A stretch of DNA of 64,000 nt from Candidatus Iainarchaeum sp. Its GTDB lineage: Archaea > B1Sed10-29 > WALL01. A model generated the notes under the pieces. It searched no databases. It saw nothing but the letters and a program-made list of their open reading frames with translations, and was not told the DNA's origin. Shown here in pieces: positions 20,253-28,499 of the stretch. The stretch spans positions 1 through 64,000 of the forward strand of contig JAGMCR010000001.1 of NCBI GenBank assembly GCA_023129115.1. Direction: 5' to 3'. Each line of letters starts with the position of its first letter. Position 1 is the stretch's first letter. A program made the translations under genes and the position numbers.

Positions 20253-20720
20253 ATGAAAAAAGTGCAGTTGGCCCTCCTCGGGGCCGCAGCAATCGTGTTC
20301 CTCATAATCATTATGCTCGTGGGGGCCCTCGGCGTCGTCGGCTACCTGTACCTCAAGTCCAACCCAAACGTCGGCACGTTCAACTACAGCTCGTACAATG
20401 ACTCCGCAGAGGTCACCATCACGCCCACGCCCACCGCGACCGCGACTCCGACGCCAACAGCCACTCCGACGGCCACGCCGACCGCTACCCCCGCACCCAA
20501 CGCCACTGCCACTCCCACCCCGACTGCTACGCCCACAGCCACGCCACTGCCTAGCGACTGCGTTACGTATGAAGGCAAGTCCGAGCACGGCGACCGCGTG
20601 TGCGGCGGCAAGGACGCCGACGCTTCCAAGAAGTACGTGTGGGAGTGCCAGGACGGGACGTGGACCTACATACAGACGTGCAGCTCGTCCAGTGCGTGCA
20701 GCGACGGCGTGTGCGGCTGA
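20253..20720 (+). CDS. Membrane-anchored surface protein with Pro/Thr linker and small Cys-rich domain
   Basis: N-terminal TM, (TPTA)n repeats, six C-terminal Cys. Confidence 0.8.
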   Translation: MKKVQLALLGAAAIVFLIIIMLVGALGVVGYLYLKSNPNVGTFNYSSYNDSAEVTITPTPTATATPTPTATPTATPTATPAPNATATPTPTATPTATPLPSDCVTYEGKSEHGDRVCGGKDADASKKYVWECQDGTWTYIQTCSSSSACSDGVCG

Positions 20721-20766
20721 AGGCTTTTATAGCTTTGCAACTGCAATTACAGCTCTAGGTGTTGAC

Positions 20767-21555
20767 ATGGTTTTCGAAAATTTTACTGTTGACGAGGCGG
20801 ACGTGAGCCGCGCCATTATCCGGGAGTTCATGAAGGAGCTGGACGCAATGGCAGAGACAGACGTAATCATTGTCGGTGCAGGCCCCGCTGGGGCAGTCGC
20901 CGCCAGGAAGCTGGCGGAGCAAGGCATTGACACGCTGTTGATTGAAAAAAACGTGAAGCCGGGCGGGGGCATGTATCTCGGCGGCATGCTCATGAACAAG
21001 CTCGTCGTCGAAAAGCCCGCAATTTACTTGCTGGAAGAGGTGGGGGTCAAGTCACTAAAGCTCTACAAGGAAGGGCTTTACGTCGCGGACGCGTATGAGG
21101 TCTCGACCAAGCTTTTGGCGAGCGCGTTTGACGCTGGCGCCAAGATGCTTAACGCGGTCGAGGTCGCGGACGTTGTCTACCGGCCCGACAAAATCGCGGG
21201 CGTTGTCGTGAACTGGCACGCAATAAGCTACCTGCCGAAAGTGCTTACTTGTGTCGACCCATTGGCGTTCAAGAGCAAGATGGTGATTGACGCGACGGGC
21301 CACGGCGCGGAAATCGCGAAAATCGCGGGCAGAAAACTTGGCTTTGAGGTCCACGGCTGCGAGGGCAGCATGTGGATGGCCGAGGCCGAGAAAGCGACGC
21401 TGGAGAACACGAAAGAGATTTATCCCGGGCTTATTGTCGCTGGAATGGCGGCAAACAGCGCGTTCGGCCTGCCAAGGATGGGCCCGCTGTTCGGGGCAAT
21501 GTTCTTGTCCGGAGAAAAGGCCGCGGGGCTCGCCGCAGCCAAGCTGAAGGGATAA
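20767..21555 (+). CDS. thi4: Thi4 thiazole synthase (Cys-type)
   Basis: VIIVGAGPAG, GGGMYLGG, TCVDP, IDATGH, PRMGPLFGAMFLSG. Confidence 0.95.
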   Translation: MVFENFTVDEADVSRAIIREFMKELDAMAETDVIIVGAGPAGAVAARKLAEQGIDTLLIEKNVKPGGGMYLGGMLMNKLVVEKPAIYLLEEVGVKSLKLYKEGLYVADAYEVSTKLLASAFDAGAKMLNAVEVADVVYRPDKIAGVVVNWHAISYLPKVLTCVDPLAFKSKMVIDATGHGAEIAKIAGRKLGFEVHGCEGSMWMAEAEKATLENTKEIYPGLIVAGMAANSAFGLPRMGPLFGAMFLSGEKAAGLAAAKLKG

Positions 21556-21558
21556 AGC

Positions 21559-21565
21559 TTAAATA
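21559..21565 (+). promoter_or_regulatory. TATA box (TTAAATA) for the leader-cysK transcript
   Basis: Preceded by purine-rich BRE-like GATAAAG; starts 25 nt before leader ATG 21584 and 31 nt before ATG 21590, consistent with a leaderless or near-leaderless transcript. Confidence 0.65.
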
Positions 21566-21583
21566 CTCCCTTTGGCAATAATC

Positions 21584-21622
21584 ATGCTAATGCAAGGTTT
21601 GGCCTGTTGCTGTTGTTGCTGA
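21584..21622 (+). CDS. Poly-cysteine leader peptide MLMQGLACCCCC
   Basis: ATG CTA ATG CAA GGT TTG GCC TGT TGC TGT TGT TGC TGA directly upstream of cysK; not in ORF track. Confidence 0.75.
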   Translation: MLMQGLACCCCC

Positions 21623-21740
21623 GAAAGCAATCCAACTACTTCTTGCAATAGGCCACAAAAGCATTTCACATCGCCTACAGCCATTGCTGTTCGCCTGTTG
21701 CATGAACCCTCAAACAAAATCCGAGGTGACGACAGGTGAA
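21600..21740 (+). promoter_or_regulatory. Putative cysteine-responsive translational attenuator (segments 1-4)
   Basis: Seg1 21600-21610 pairs seg2 21645-21655; seg2 can instead pair seg3 21693-21702; seg3 21690-21700 pairs seg4 21730-21740 covering the cysK start region. Confidence 0.7.
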
Positions 21741-22617
21741 AATGATTGAAATGGTTGGCGACACGCCAATAACAAATATCCCGGGGACAAGCGTGTGGAT
21801 GAAGCTAGAGTACTTCAATCCCACGGGAAGCATAAAGGACAGGGTGGCTGCTTCCATGGTCGAGGACGCCGAGCAAAAAGGCTTGCTGTCGAAAGGCGAC
21901 ACTATTGTCGAGCCCACCAGCGGCAACACTGGCATCGCGCTTTCTTTTGTCGCGGCAATGAAGGGCTACAAGGCAGTGCTCGTCATGCCGGAAAACGCGA
22001 CGGTCGAGCGCGTCAAGCTCATGAAGGCCTTCGGCGCCGAAGTCGTGCTGACTCCTGTCGGCGGCCACGTCGCCGGCGCGGTCGAAAAGGCAAGGCAGCT
22101 CGCCAGCGAAAGGGGGTGGGTCCTTTTGGACCAGTTCAGCAGCCAGGCAAACATAGCCGCCCACGAAAAAACCGGTGAAGAAGCCATGCGCCAGGCAGGC
22201 GGGTTTGACGCAGTCGTTGCGGGAATCGGGACCGGTGGGACACTCATGGGCGCCGGCAAAGCAGTGCGGCGCTCGAACCCGCGCGCCAGGCTGGTAGCTG
22301 TCGAGCCGGCAGAGGCGCCCGTGCTCTCCGAGGGAAGGGCGGGCTCCCACGGAATCGCGGGCATCAGTGACGGCTTTGTCCCCGCGATTTACGACAGCGG
22401 GGCTGTCGACGAAGTCGTGCGCGTGAGCACTGAAGAGGCAATTGAGGCCACTCGCCTGGCGGCCGGGAAATACGGCATTCTCGGCGGCGTGTCCACGGGA
22501 GCCAACTTGTTCGCGGCCCTCAAGGCACAAAAGCACGGGAAAGTATTGACCTTTGCCCCGGACTCGGGGATGAGGTACCTGAGCAATGGCGTGTACAACA
22601 TTAATTTAAAGGAATGA
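21736..22617 (+). CDS. cysK: Cysteine synthase (O-acetylserine sulfhydrylase family)
   Basis: VGDTP, KLEYFNPTGSIKDR, EPTSGNTGIAL, GIGTGGT, PDSGMRYLS; SD GAGGTGA 21723-21729. Confidence 0.95.
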   Translation: MKMIEMVGDTPITNIPGTSVWMKLEYFNPTGSIKDRVAASMVEDAEQKGLLSKGDTIVEPTSGNTGIALSFVAAMKGYKAVLVMPENATVERVKLMKAFGAEVVLTPVGGHVAGAVEKARQLASERGWVLLDQFSSQANIAAHEKTGEEAMRQAGGFDAVVAGIGTGGTLMGAGKAVRRSNPRARLVAVEPAEAPVLSEGRAGSHGIAGISDGFVPAIYDSGAVDEVVRVSTEEAIEATRLAAGKYGILGGVSTGANLFAALKAQKHGKVLTFAPDSGMRYLSNGVYNINLKE

Positions 22618-22638
22618 AGTTTATAACATTCTTGACTT

Positions 22639-22744
22639 GCAGAGGTAGCAAACCAGCTGAAACGTCAGCACAGACAAGAATCCGTTGGGATTCACGTCAT
22701 GGCACCGTGTATGCGGATGCTTCGCATCCGGCATACGAGAGAAC
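22639..22744 (+). repeat. Duplicate of the tRNA-Cys 5' end (14 nt) followed by a hairpin-containing spacer
   Basis: GCAGAGGTAGCAAA at 22639-22652 and 22745-22758; stem-loop GTATGCGGATGC-TTC-GCATCCGGCATAC at 22709-22736. Confidence 0.8.
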
Positions 22745-22815
22745 GCAGAGGTAGCAAAATGGCTTTGCACCCGCCTGCAGAGCGGGAGATGGGGGTTCAA
22801 ATCCCTCCCTCTGCT
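22745..22815 (+). tRNA. tRNA-Cys(GCA), intronless, CCA not encoded
   Basis: Acceptor GCAGAGG/CCTCTGC, discriminator U, D stem GCAA/TTGC, anticodon arm CCCGC-CTGCAGA-GCGGG, T arm GGGGG-TTCAAAT-CCCTC, followed by T-run. Confidence 0.95.
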
Positions 22816-22832
22816 TTTTTGGAGTGCTGTCT

Positions 22833-23786
22833 ATGCAGCTAAACAAAATCTTGTTGGTCGGCTATGGCGAAGAGGCTCTTGAGCCAAAGCAATGGGAGCG
22901 CCTCGACGGCTTGGCCAAAGAGCGCGTTCTGCTGCCGAAGGGCAGCCCCGAAATCCCAAAGCATTTTGCTGGCACTGACTGCCTTCTCGTCAAGCTGGGT
23001 GCGACAGTTGACAAAAGCATGATTGACAGCATGCCCGGCCTGAAGTACATTGGCATGCTCGGCACAGGCTGCGGCAGGATTGATGTGGCCCACGCCGCTT
23101 CCAAAGGCATTACTGTCTGCAACATCGTTGGCTACAGCACCGAGAGTGTCGCCGAACTGGTATTTGCCCTAATCCTTGAGCACATTCGCGAAATAGAAAA
23201 AGCAAAAAAGCAGGCGAGGGAAGCCAATTATTCAGAAGACGGCTTCGGGGCATACGAGATAAAGGGCAAGGTATTCGGGGTCATTGGCCTCGGCAGAATC
23301 GGCGCCCGCACAGCAGAGATTGCGCTGAACGGCTTTGGGGCCGACGCCCGGTACTGGTCCAGGCAACGAAAAGAAAAATACGAGAAAGAAGGCGTGAAAT
23401 ACCAGGGCCTTGACTCTCTCTTGCAGGAAGCGGACTTTATTTCCATTCACATGGAGGCAAACAAAGAAACAAACGGCTTCTTGGGCCACGGCCGCGTCCA
23501 AAAAATCAAGCCCGGTGCAGTGGTCGTCAATACTGCCCCAATGGACGTGGTGGACATCAGCGCCCTCGCGGAAAGGCTGGGGAAAGGGGACCTAACATTT
23601 ATTCTGGACCATTCTGACGAGCTGTCAGAAGCAGACGCAAAAGAGCTTTCAAAATACAAGAACTGCATCATGTACCCCCCGATTGGCTATATATCGGACG
23701 AAGCCACGCTGGCCAAATTAGACATGTTTGTTGACAACATCCAAAACTTTTTGGAAGGAAAGCCCACCAACGTAGTGCAGGGGTGA
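22833..23786 (+). CDS. D-isomer-specific 2-hydroxyacid dehydrogenase family
   Basis: GKVFGVIGLGRIG, ADFISIH, VVVNTA; canonical catalytic Arg/His positions look altered (NTAP, YPPIG). Confidence 0.88.
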   Translation: MQLNKILLVGYGEEALEPKQWERLDGLAKERVLLPKGSPEIPKHFAGTDCLLVKLGATVDKSMIDSMPGLKYIGMLGTGCGRIDVAHAASKGITVCNIVGYSTESVAELVFALILEHIREIEKAKKQAREANYSEDGFGAYEIKGKVFGVIGLGRIGARTAEIALNGFGADARYWSRQRKEKYEKEGVKYQGLDSLLQEADFISIHMEANKETNGFLGHGRVQKIKPGAVVVNTAPMDVVDISALAERLGKGDLTFILDHSDELSEADAKELSKYKNCIMYPPIGYISDEATLAKLDMFVDNIQNFLEGKPTNVVQG

Positions 23787-23789
23787 AAG

Positions 23790-24443
23790 ATGGGAAACAA
23801 ATTCGTGTACGCCGGAATAGCATTCTTGGCAGTGGCGATCCTGCTCGCGGGCTGCACGAGCAACACTGCCCCCCTTAAGCCAATTCTCCCCGCGCAGACA
23901 GGCGACTTCGCTTATGAAATCACTGTGGAAAACATCGTTGGCTCCTTCAACTACACTCCCTCGTACACGCAAAGCGAATTGATTCTTGCTTTGGGCGAGG
24001 ACGCCCTGTTTGACGCGTCGTTCCCCGACGCAGTTATTTTGGCGCCTCCCTCGATTTCAGGCAGCGCCATGCTCTTCGCCAGCGGCACAGTAATCCTGAC
24101 GGGCTATAAGTCAAGCGAAAGCGTTTACGCGGCAGCCACTGAAGTCACGGCTCTCCTGCAGTCCAAGGGCCTCGAGGCCACGCCCGAAGGCCCTGCCAAG
24201 GTAAAAAACATTGTCGCGTCAATAAACCTCAACAAAACCCTGGACATCCCCGCCCTGCACCAAAAGCTTGGCGGGCAATACGAGCCAGACGAGTTCCCCG
24301 CGCTCGCCCTCTCGAACTACGTGCCGGGGTCAACAGTCACGTTCCTCGTGTTCCCGAACGGAAAAATCATTTCGAGCGGCGTCACGACAGAAGGCCTGCT
24401 CCCGGTGACGTTCGACTACGTCGTCATGCAAATCGAATCATGA
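23790..24443 (+). CDS. TBP (TATA-binding protein)-fold protein with N-terminal lipoprotein signal peptide
   Basis: Lipobox LLAGC after hydrophobic stretch; two TBP repeats: VENIVGS..SFPDAV..LFASGTVILTGYKS and VKNIVAS..QYEPDEFPAL..LVFPNGKIISSG. Confidence 0.85.
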   Translation: MGNKFVYAGIAFLAVAILLAGCTSNTAPLKPILPAQTGDFAYEITVENIVGSFNYTPSYTQSELILALGEDALFDASFPDAVILAPPSISGSAMLFASGTVILTGYKSSESVYAAATEVTALLQSKGLEATPEGPAKVKNIVASINLNKTLDIPALHQKLGGQYEPDEFPALALSNYVPGSTVTFLVFPNGKIISSGVTTEGLLPVTFDYVVMQIES

Positions 24444-24473
24444 ATATATAGTTCTTCTGCCTAAGTGGGAAGC

Positions 24474-24845
24474 ATGGAAGCCATTTCGACCAACAAAGCC
24501 CCTGCGGCCGTTGGGCCGTACTCGCAGGCGATTAAGGCAGGCAACTTCGTGTTCACCGCCGGGCAAATCGCGCTCACGCCCGAAGGCGAATTGGTCAACG
24601 GCGGCATCGCGGAGCAGACAGAGCAAGTGGTCCAGAACCTCAAGGCCGTGCTCGAAGAAGCCGGCACAACCATCCACAGCGTCGTCAAGACCACGGTCTA
24701 CCTCGCCCAGATGAGCGACTTCGCCCTCATGAACGAGGTGTACGGGGCACACTTCACGAGCAAGCCCGCCCGCTCAACAATCCAGGCAGCCAAAATCCCG
24801 AGAGGGGCGCTCGTCGAAATTGACGTCATCGCGGTGATGGAGTGA
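24474..24845 (+). CDS. ridA: RidA/YjgF enamine-imine deaminase
   Basis: APAAVGPYSQAI, GQI, VVKTTVYL, PARS, VEID. Confidence 0.95.
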   Translation: MEAISTNKAPAAVGPYSQAIKAGNFVFTAGQIALTPEGELVNGGIAEQTEQVVQNLKAVLEEAGTTIHSVVKTTVYLAQMSDFALMNEVYGAHFTSKPARSTIQAAKIPRGALVEIDVIAVME

Positions 24846-24958
24846 AACTAAAAGACAACAACTCAAAACACGAGGAATTTCTTCTTAAAATCCAACAACC
24901 AAAAATGAAAGAACTGTGGGATAACAAAGAAGACGAGGCGTGGGAAGTTTTGGAATGA
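24842..24958 (+). CDS. 38-aa peptide with antitoxin-like WDNKEDEAW motif (DUF2281-like tail)
   Basis: GTGA overlap with ridA stop and ATGA overlap with cupin start; MKLKDNNSKHEEFLLKIQQPKMKELWDNKEDEAWEVLE; not in ORF track. Confidence 0.65.
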   Translation: MKLKDNNSKHEEFLLKIQQPKMKELWDNKEDEAWEVLE

Positions 24959-25302
24959 GTTTCGAGCTATACAACATTCCCCAAGGCAAAATAGGAATCG
25001 CCTACTCCGGGAAAGACTTCAGCACCGGCTACCTCGAGCTCGAGCCAGGCACAGAGCTCGCCAAGCACAACCGCCCGGTCCTCGAGCAACTCATGCAGAT
25101 AAAAGGGGCGTCGACGATGATTATGTTCGACGGCGACGAGCAAAAAGAAATCGTCATGGAAGTCGGCGACAAGCTCGACATCCCCGCAGGACAATACCAC
25201 GCCCACGCCAACACAGGCACGGAAAGCTCTATCACGCTGTGGAAGGCCAGCGGCGACATCACTGAAATCATCGACGCGATACGCAAATCATCGGAGATGT
25301 AG
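24955..25302 (+). CDS. Cupin domain protein
   Basis: LAKHNRPVLE...G and GDKLDIPAGQYHAHAN cupin motifs. Confidence 0.85.
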   Translation: MSFELYNIPQGKIGIAYSGKDFSTGYLELEPGTELAKHNRPVLEQLMQIKGASTMIMFDGDEQKEIVMEVGDKLDIPAGQYHAHANTGTESSITLWKASGDITEIIDAIRKSSEM

Positions 25303-25303
25303 A

Positions 25304-26704
25304 ATGAAATTCTTCAACACGCTCGGCAGGGAAAAGCAGGAGTTCAAGCCGCTGCGCGACGGCGAAGTAACCCTGTACGCGTGCGGCCCCACGGTGTACG
25401 CACTGCCGCACATCGGCAACTTCCGCTCGTTCTTCTTCGCGGACACGCTGCACCGCTATTTGGAATACAAGGGATACAAAGTAAAGTTCGCCATGAACAT
25501 CACCGACATCGACGACAAGACCATTCGCGACTCCAAGGAAGCCGGAGTATCACTAAAAGAATTCACCGACAAGTACACCAAAGTCTTTTTCGAGGGCCTC
25601 GACGCGCTCAACATAAAGCGCGCCGACTTTTACCCCAAAGCAACCGAGAACATCCCCGAAATGATTGACCTCGTGCAGCACCTCCTCGACAAGGAACTCG
25701 CTTACATAGTCAACGGCTCGGTGTATTATTCAATCCACAAGTTCCCCGACTACGGCAAGCTCTCCGGCATGGACCTGGGCCAGCTAGAGCACGGCCACCG
25801 CGTCGACGTAGACGAGTACGAAAAGGACGCGCCCGGCGACTTCGCGGTCTGGAAAGCCGCGTCGGCAGAGGAAATCGAGCGCAAGATTTTCTTCGACACG
25901 CCGTGGGGCAAGGGCAGGCCCGGGTGGCACATCGAGTGCTCGGCGATGAGCCGCAAGGAATTGGGCCAGCCGTTCGACATCCACACCGGTGGAGTCGATT
26001 TAATCTTTCCGCACCACGAGAACGAAATCGCGCAGTCCGAGGGCGCGTACGGCGAGAAGTTCGTGAACTACTGGCTGCACGGGGAGCACTTGAGTGTGGA
26101 CGGCCGCAAAATGTCGAAATCGAAGGGAAACTACTTCACGCTCACCGACCTGTTAGAGAAATATAGCTATAACGAAATCCGCTACTTGTTTTTGTCGACG
26201 CACTACCGCGACAAGCTGAACTACACCGAGCCAGCGATGAAGAACGCGGCGAGCGGTGCCGCCAAACTGGAGTTGGCGCTGCAGAACCTGGACTTTTTCA
26301 TTGCGAACGCAAAGGAAGGCAAGGAAGACAAAGAGTTTTTGGCAACAGTCGAAAAAAGAAAAACCGAGTTCAACGAGGCAATGGACGACGACCTGGACAC
26401 CCCACGCGCGCTGCGCGCCATCCACGAGCTTGTGTCTGACATTTACAGGTACGAGGCAAAGGAAAAGAAGGCGCTCGAGAAGGCGAAGGAATCACTCCGC
26501 ACTCTCTTGCATGTGTTCGGCTTGTTCGAGAAAGAGGGCGAGCGCGAAGCGCTCGGCGAGGCGCTAATGGCCAAAATCAAGGAGCGCGAGGCAGCAAGGG
26601 CCGCGAAGGACTTCGAGAAGGCCGACTCCATCCGCGACGAATTAAAGAAAAAAGGCGTTTTGCTGGACGACTTCCCCGAGGGAACCCGGTGGAGAAGGGC
26701 CTAG
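25304..26704 (+). CDS. cysS: Cysteine--tRNA ligase
   Basis: CGPTVY, HIGN, GRPGWHIECS, FPHHENEIAQ, KMSKS. Confidence 0.98.
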   Translation: MKFFNTLGREKQEFKPLRDGEVTLYACGPTVYALPHIGNFRSFFFADTLHRYLEYKGYKVKFAMNITDIDDKTIRDSKEAGVSLKEFTDKYTKVFFEGLDALNIKRADFYPKATENIPEMIDLVQHLLDKELAYIVNGSVYYSIHKFPDYGKLSGMDLGQLEHGHRVDVDEYEKDAPGDFAVWKAASAEEIERKIFFDTPWGKGRPGWHIECSAMSRKELGQPFDIHTGGVDLIFPHHENEIAQSEGAYGEKFVNYWLHGEHLSVDGRKMSKSKGNYFTLTDLLEKYSYNEIRYLFLSTHYRDKLNYTEPAMKNAASGAAKLELALQNLDFFIANAKEGKEDKEFLATVEKRKTEFNEAMDDDLDTPRALRAIHELVSDIYRYEAKEKKALEKAKESLRTLLHVFGLFEKEGEREALGEALMAKIKEREAARAAKDFEKADSIRDELKKKGVLLDDFPEGTRWRRA

Positions 26705-27621
26705 AGCTCCTGCACCTCGATGTTCCACAGCCCCAATTCTTTGGCGTAGTCCACGACTTCGTAGTACTCGTCCCTCTTGAGCCGCCGGTTTATCTCGGGG
26801 TATTCGCTCGCCTTGTACTGCGGCGCGTACTGGCTCATTATGTTGGTGCGCACGTCGTTTCCCAGGTTGTCTGCAATCCACTTGACTATTGGCTTTGCGC
26901 AGCAGTCGACGTGTCCCGGCAAAACAAGCACGCGCACCAGTACCTCGGCCTGTTTCTTCGCGAGCAAGAAGTTCCGCGTGGTCACTTCCATGTACCGAGG
27001 CACGCTGGAGTACTTCAACGCACACTCGTCGCAGCCGTACCTGAAGTCGGCGAGGTAGACGTCAATCGCGCCGTCCAGCAACGACATGGTTTCTTTGCTC
27101 ATGTAGAAGTTGCTGTTCCAGATGATTGGGATATTCCTTTGCGAGAGCGCGAGGCTCTTGAGTATCCAGTGCAGGTTCGGCGTTGGCTCTCCCCCGACGA
27201 AGTTGATGTTGATGCATTCTATGTCTTCAATCCACTTTGCTATCCTGGCGGGGGGCCACACTGTGCCTGCCGCCGGGTTTTGCGAGATGTCCCAGTTTTG
27301 GCAATAAACACACCGCGCGTTGCATCCCGAGAAAAAAATCGTTCCCGACGGCACGAACACGTCTTCTTCCCCGATGTGCGTGAACACGCTCGCGACGCGG
27401 GACTCGTACCCAACGCGGCACCAACCGAGCTCGCCTTCCTTGCGGTTTACTTTGCAGTTCCGCTCGCAGAACCCGCACCGCGTTATTAGCCCGTCCGCGG
27501 CCTTGGACTTCTTTTCCATGTCCGCAGAGAGGTAGCGCGCCTTCTCGTCGCCCTCCACGACTTTGACGTACCTGCCGAGCGCCTTCTGGATTCCCTTGTC
27601 GTTAAACACTGGCTTGCGCAT
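26701..27621 (-). CDS. pflX: Radical SAM protein, PflX family
   Basis: CGFCERNC.VNR, GTIFFSGCNARCVYCQNWDISQ, NINFVGGEPTP. Confidence 0.9.
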   Translation of the reverse strand: MRKPVFNDKGIQKALGRYVKVVEGDEKARYLSADMEKKSKAADGLITRCGFCERNCKVNRKEGELGWCRVGYESRVASVFTHIGEEDVFVPSGTIFFSGCNARCVYCQNWDISQNPAAGTVWPPARIAKWIEDIECININFVGGEPTPNLHWILKSLALSQRNIPIIWNSNFYMSKETMSLLDGAIDVYLADFRYGCDECALKYSSVPRYMEVTTRNFLLAKKQAEVLVRVLVLPGHVDCCAKPIVKWIADNLGNDVRTNIMSQYAPQYKASEYPEINRRLKRDEYYEVVDYAKELGLWNIEVQEL

Positions 27622-27659
27622 TCAACCAAGAATTAGCGGTTCTGGTTTATCTTTGTTTG

Positions 27660-28442
27660 CTAGAGCTGGCTGATGTACGCCTGCACTTCCGGCTCGCTGC
27701 AGTCGCTTGCCTCGTTGCCACTGATTTTGCAGAACAATGCGGTGAGCAAGAGCTCTTCTGTTTCTTCTCCGAGCGCTTCGCCCGCGCCGATGCGGTAGTA
27801 TTTGCCCCCCAGAATAACGATGGGGATGTTGCCCAGCGGCGAGTAGTGCTTGAACGTCGCGATTTCGGGGTGGTCCGGCTCAAGGTCGACTTCAATAATA
27901 TGCGTCGTGACCGACGGGAACTTTTGTGACACCCGGGTGAAAATCGGCTTTTCCCACCCACAGTGCGGGCACCACGTCGCGCCAAAGAAGTACGCGAACG
28001 GCCTCGGCTCTTCGTTGACCATGCGGAAGTAGCCCACGGTTTCGGCGGAGAGCGATAGGTCATAGTCGTGGAACGGGCACACGCTCGCGCTTGGGTCCTG
28101 CGGGTTGAACACGCAGTTGGTTGGGTCCGTGGGGTCACAAGTGCCGAACGCCAGCAGGTTGTACGCCCCATACCCCGTGTAAATCATTGACCCAAAGAAC
28201 AGAATGGTGAAGCACCACGAGACGACCTTGTAGTTCTTGTGTATCAGCCCAGCGGCCTTTGGGCTCTTCTTGAATACTTTGCCCACAATCTTGCCCTTGA
28301 TTTTCTGGTCGAACCCCGTGTCGCACGGCCTCAAAGTCGCCATGCGGAACGTGCAGTCGAACGCCTCGCGCGCGAGGGCGCGGTGCGTCGCCGAAAAAAT
28401 TCCCATTACCCCGAAAACAACAAGCGCCACAACGCAAAGCAT
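27660..28442 (-). CDS. Membrane protein with C-terminal thioredoxin-fold domain
   Basis: N-terminal hydrophobic, Cys-containing region; FGATWCPHC and cis-Pro IP motif. Confidence 0.8.
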   Translation of the reverse strand: MLCVVALVVFGVMGIFSATHRALAREAFDCTFRMATLRPCDTGFDQKIKGKIVGKVFKKSPKAAGLIHKNYKVVSWCFTILFFGSMIYTGYGAYNLLAFGTCDPTDPTNCVFNPQDPSASVCPFHDYDLSLSAETVGYFRMVNEEPRPFAYFFGATWCPHCGWEKPIFTRVSQKFPSVTTHIIEVDLEPDHPEIATFKHYSPLGNIPIVILGGKYYRIGAGEALGEETEELLLTALFCKISGNEASDCSEPEVQAYISQL

Positions 28443-28499
28443 GGCAAAAATTGGCTGTGTTCTTTTATTTAAGGCTTTCGTGTGGCTTGCGTTCGTGCC

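Noticed and set aside
20416-20550. ACGCCCACCGCG-like repeats as a DNA repeat element
   Set aside because: They encode a Pro/Thr/Ala linker; same explanation for the repeats near 34085-34120 and 49000-49050.
21620-21622. Selenocysteine codon in the leader
   Set aside because: No archaeal SECIS-like element or Sec machinery is recognisable in the window; treated as a stop.
22639-22815. Intron-containing or split tRNA using the upstream 5' copy
   Set aside because: The downstream copy is already a complete cloverleaf and I could not identify a convincing bulge-helix-bulge at the junctions.
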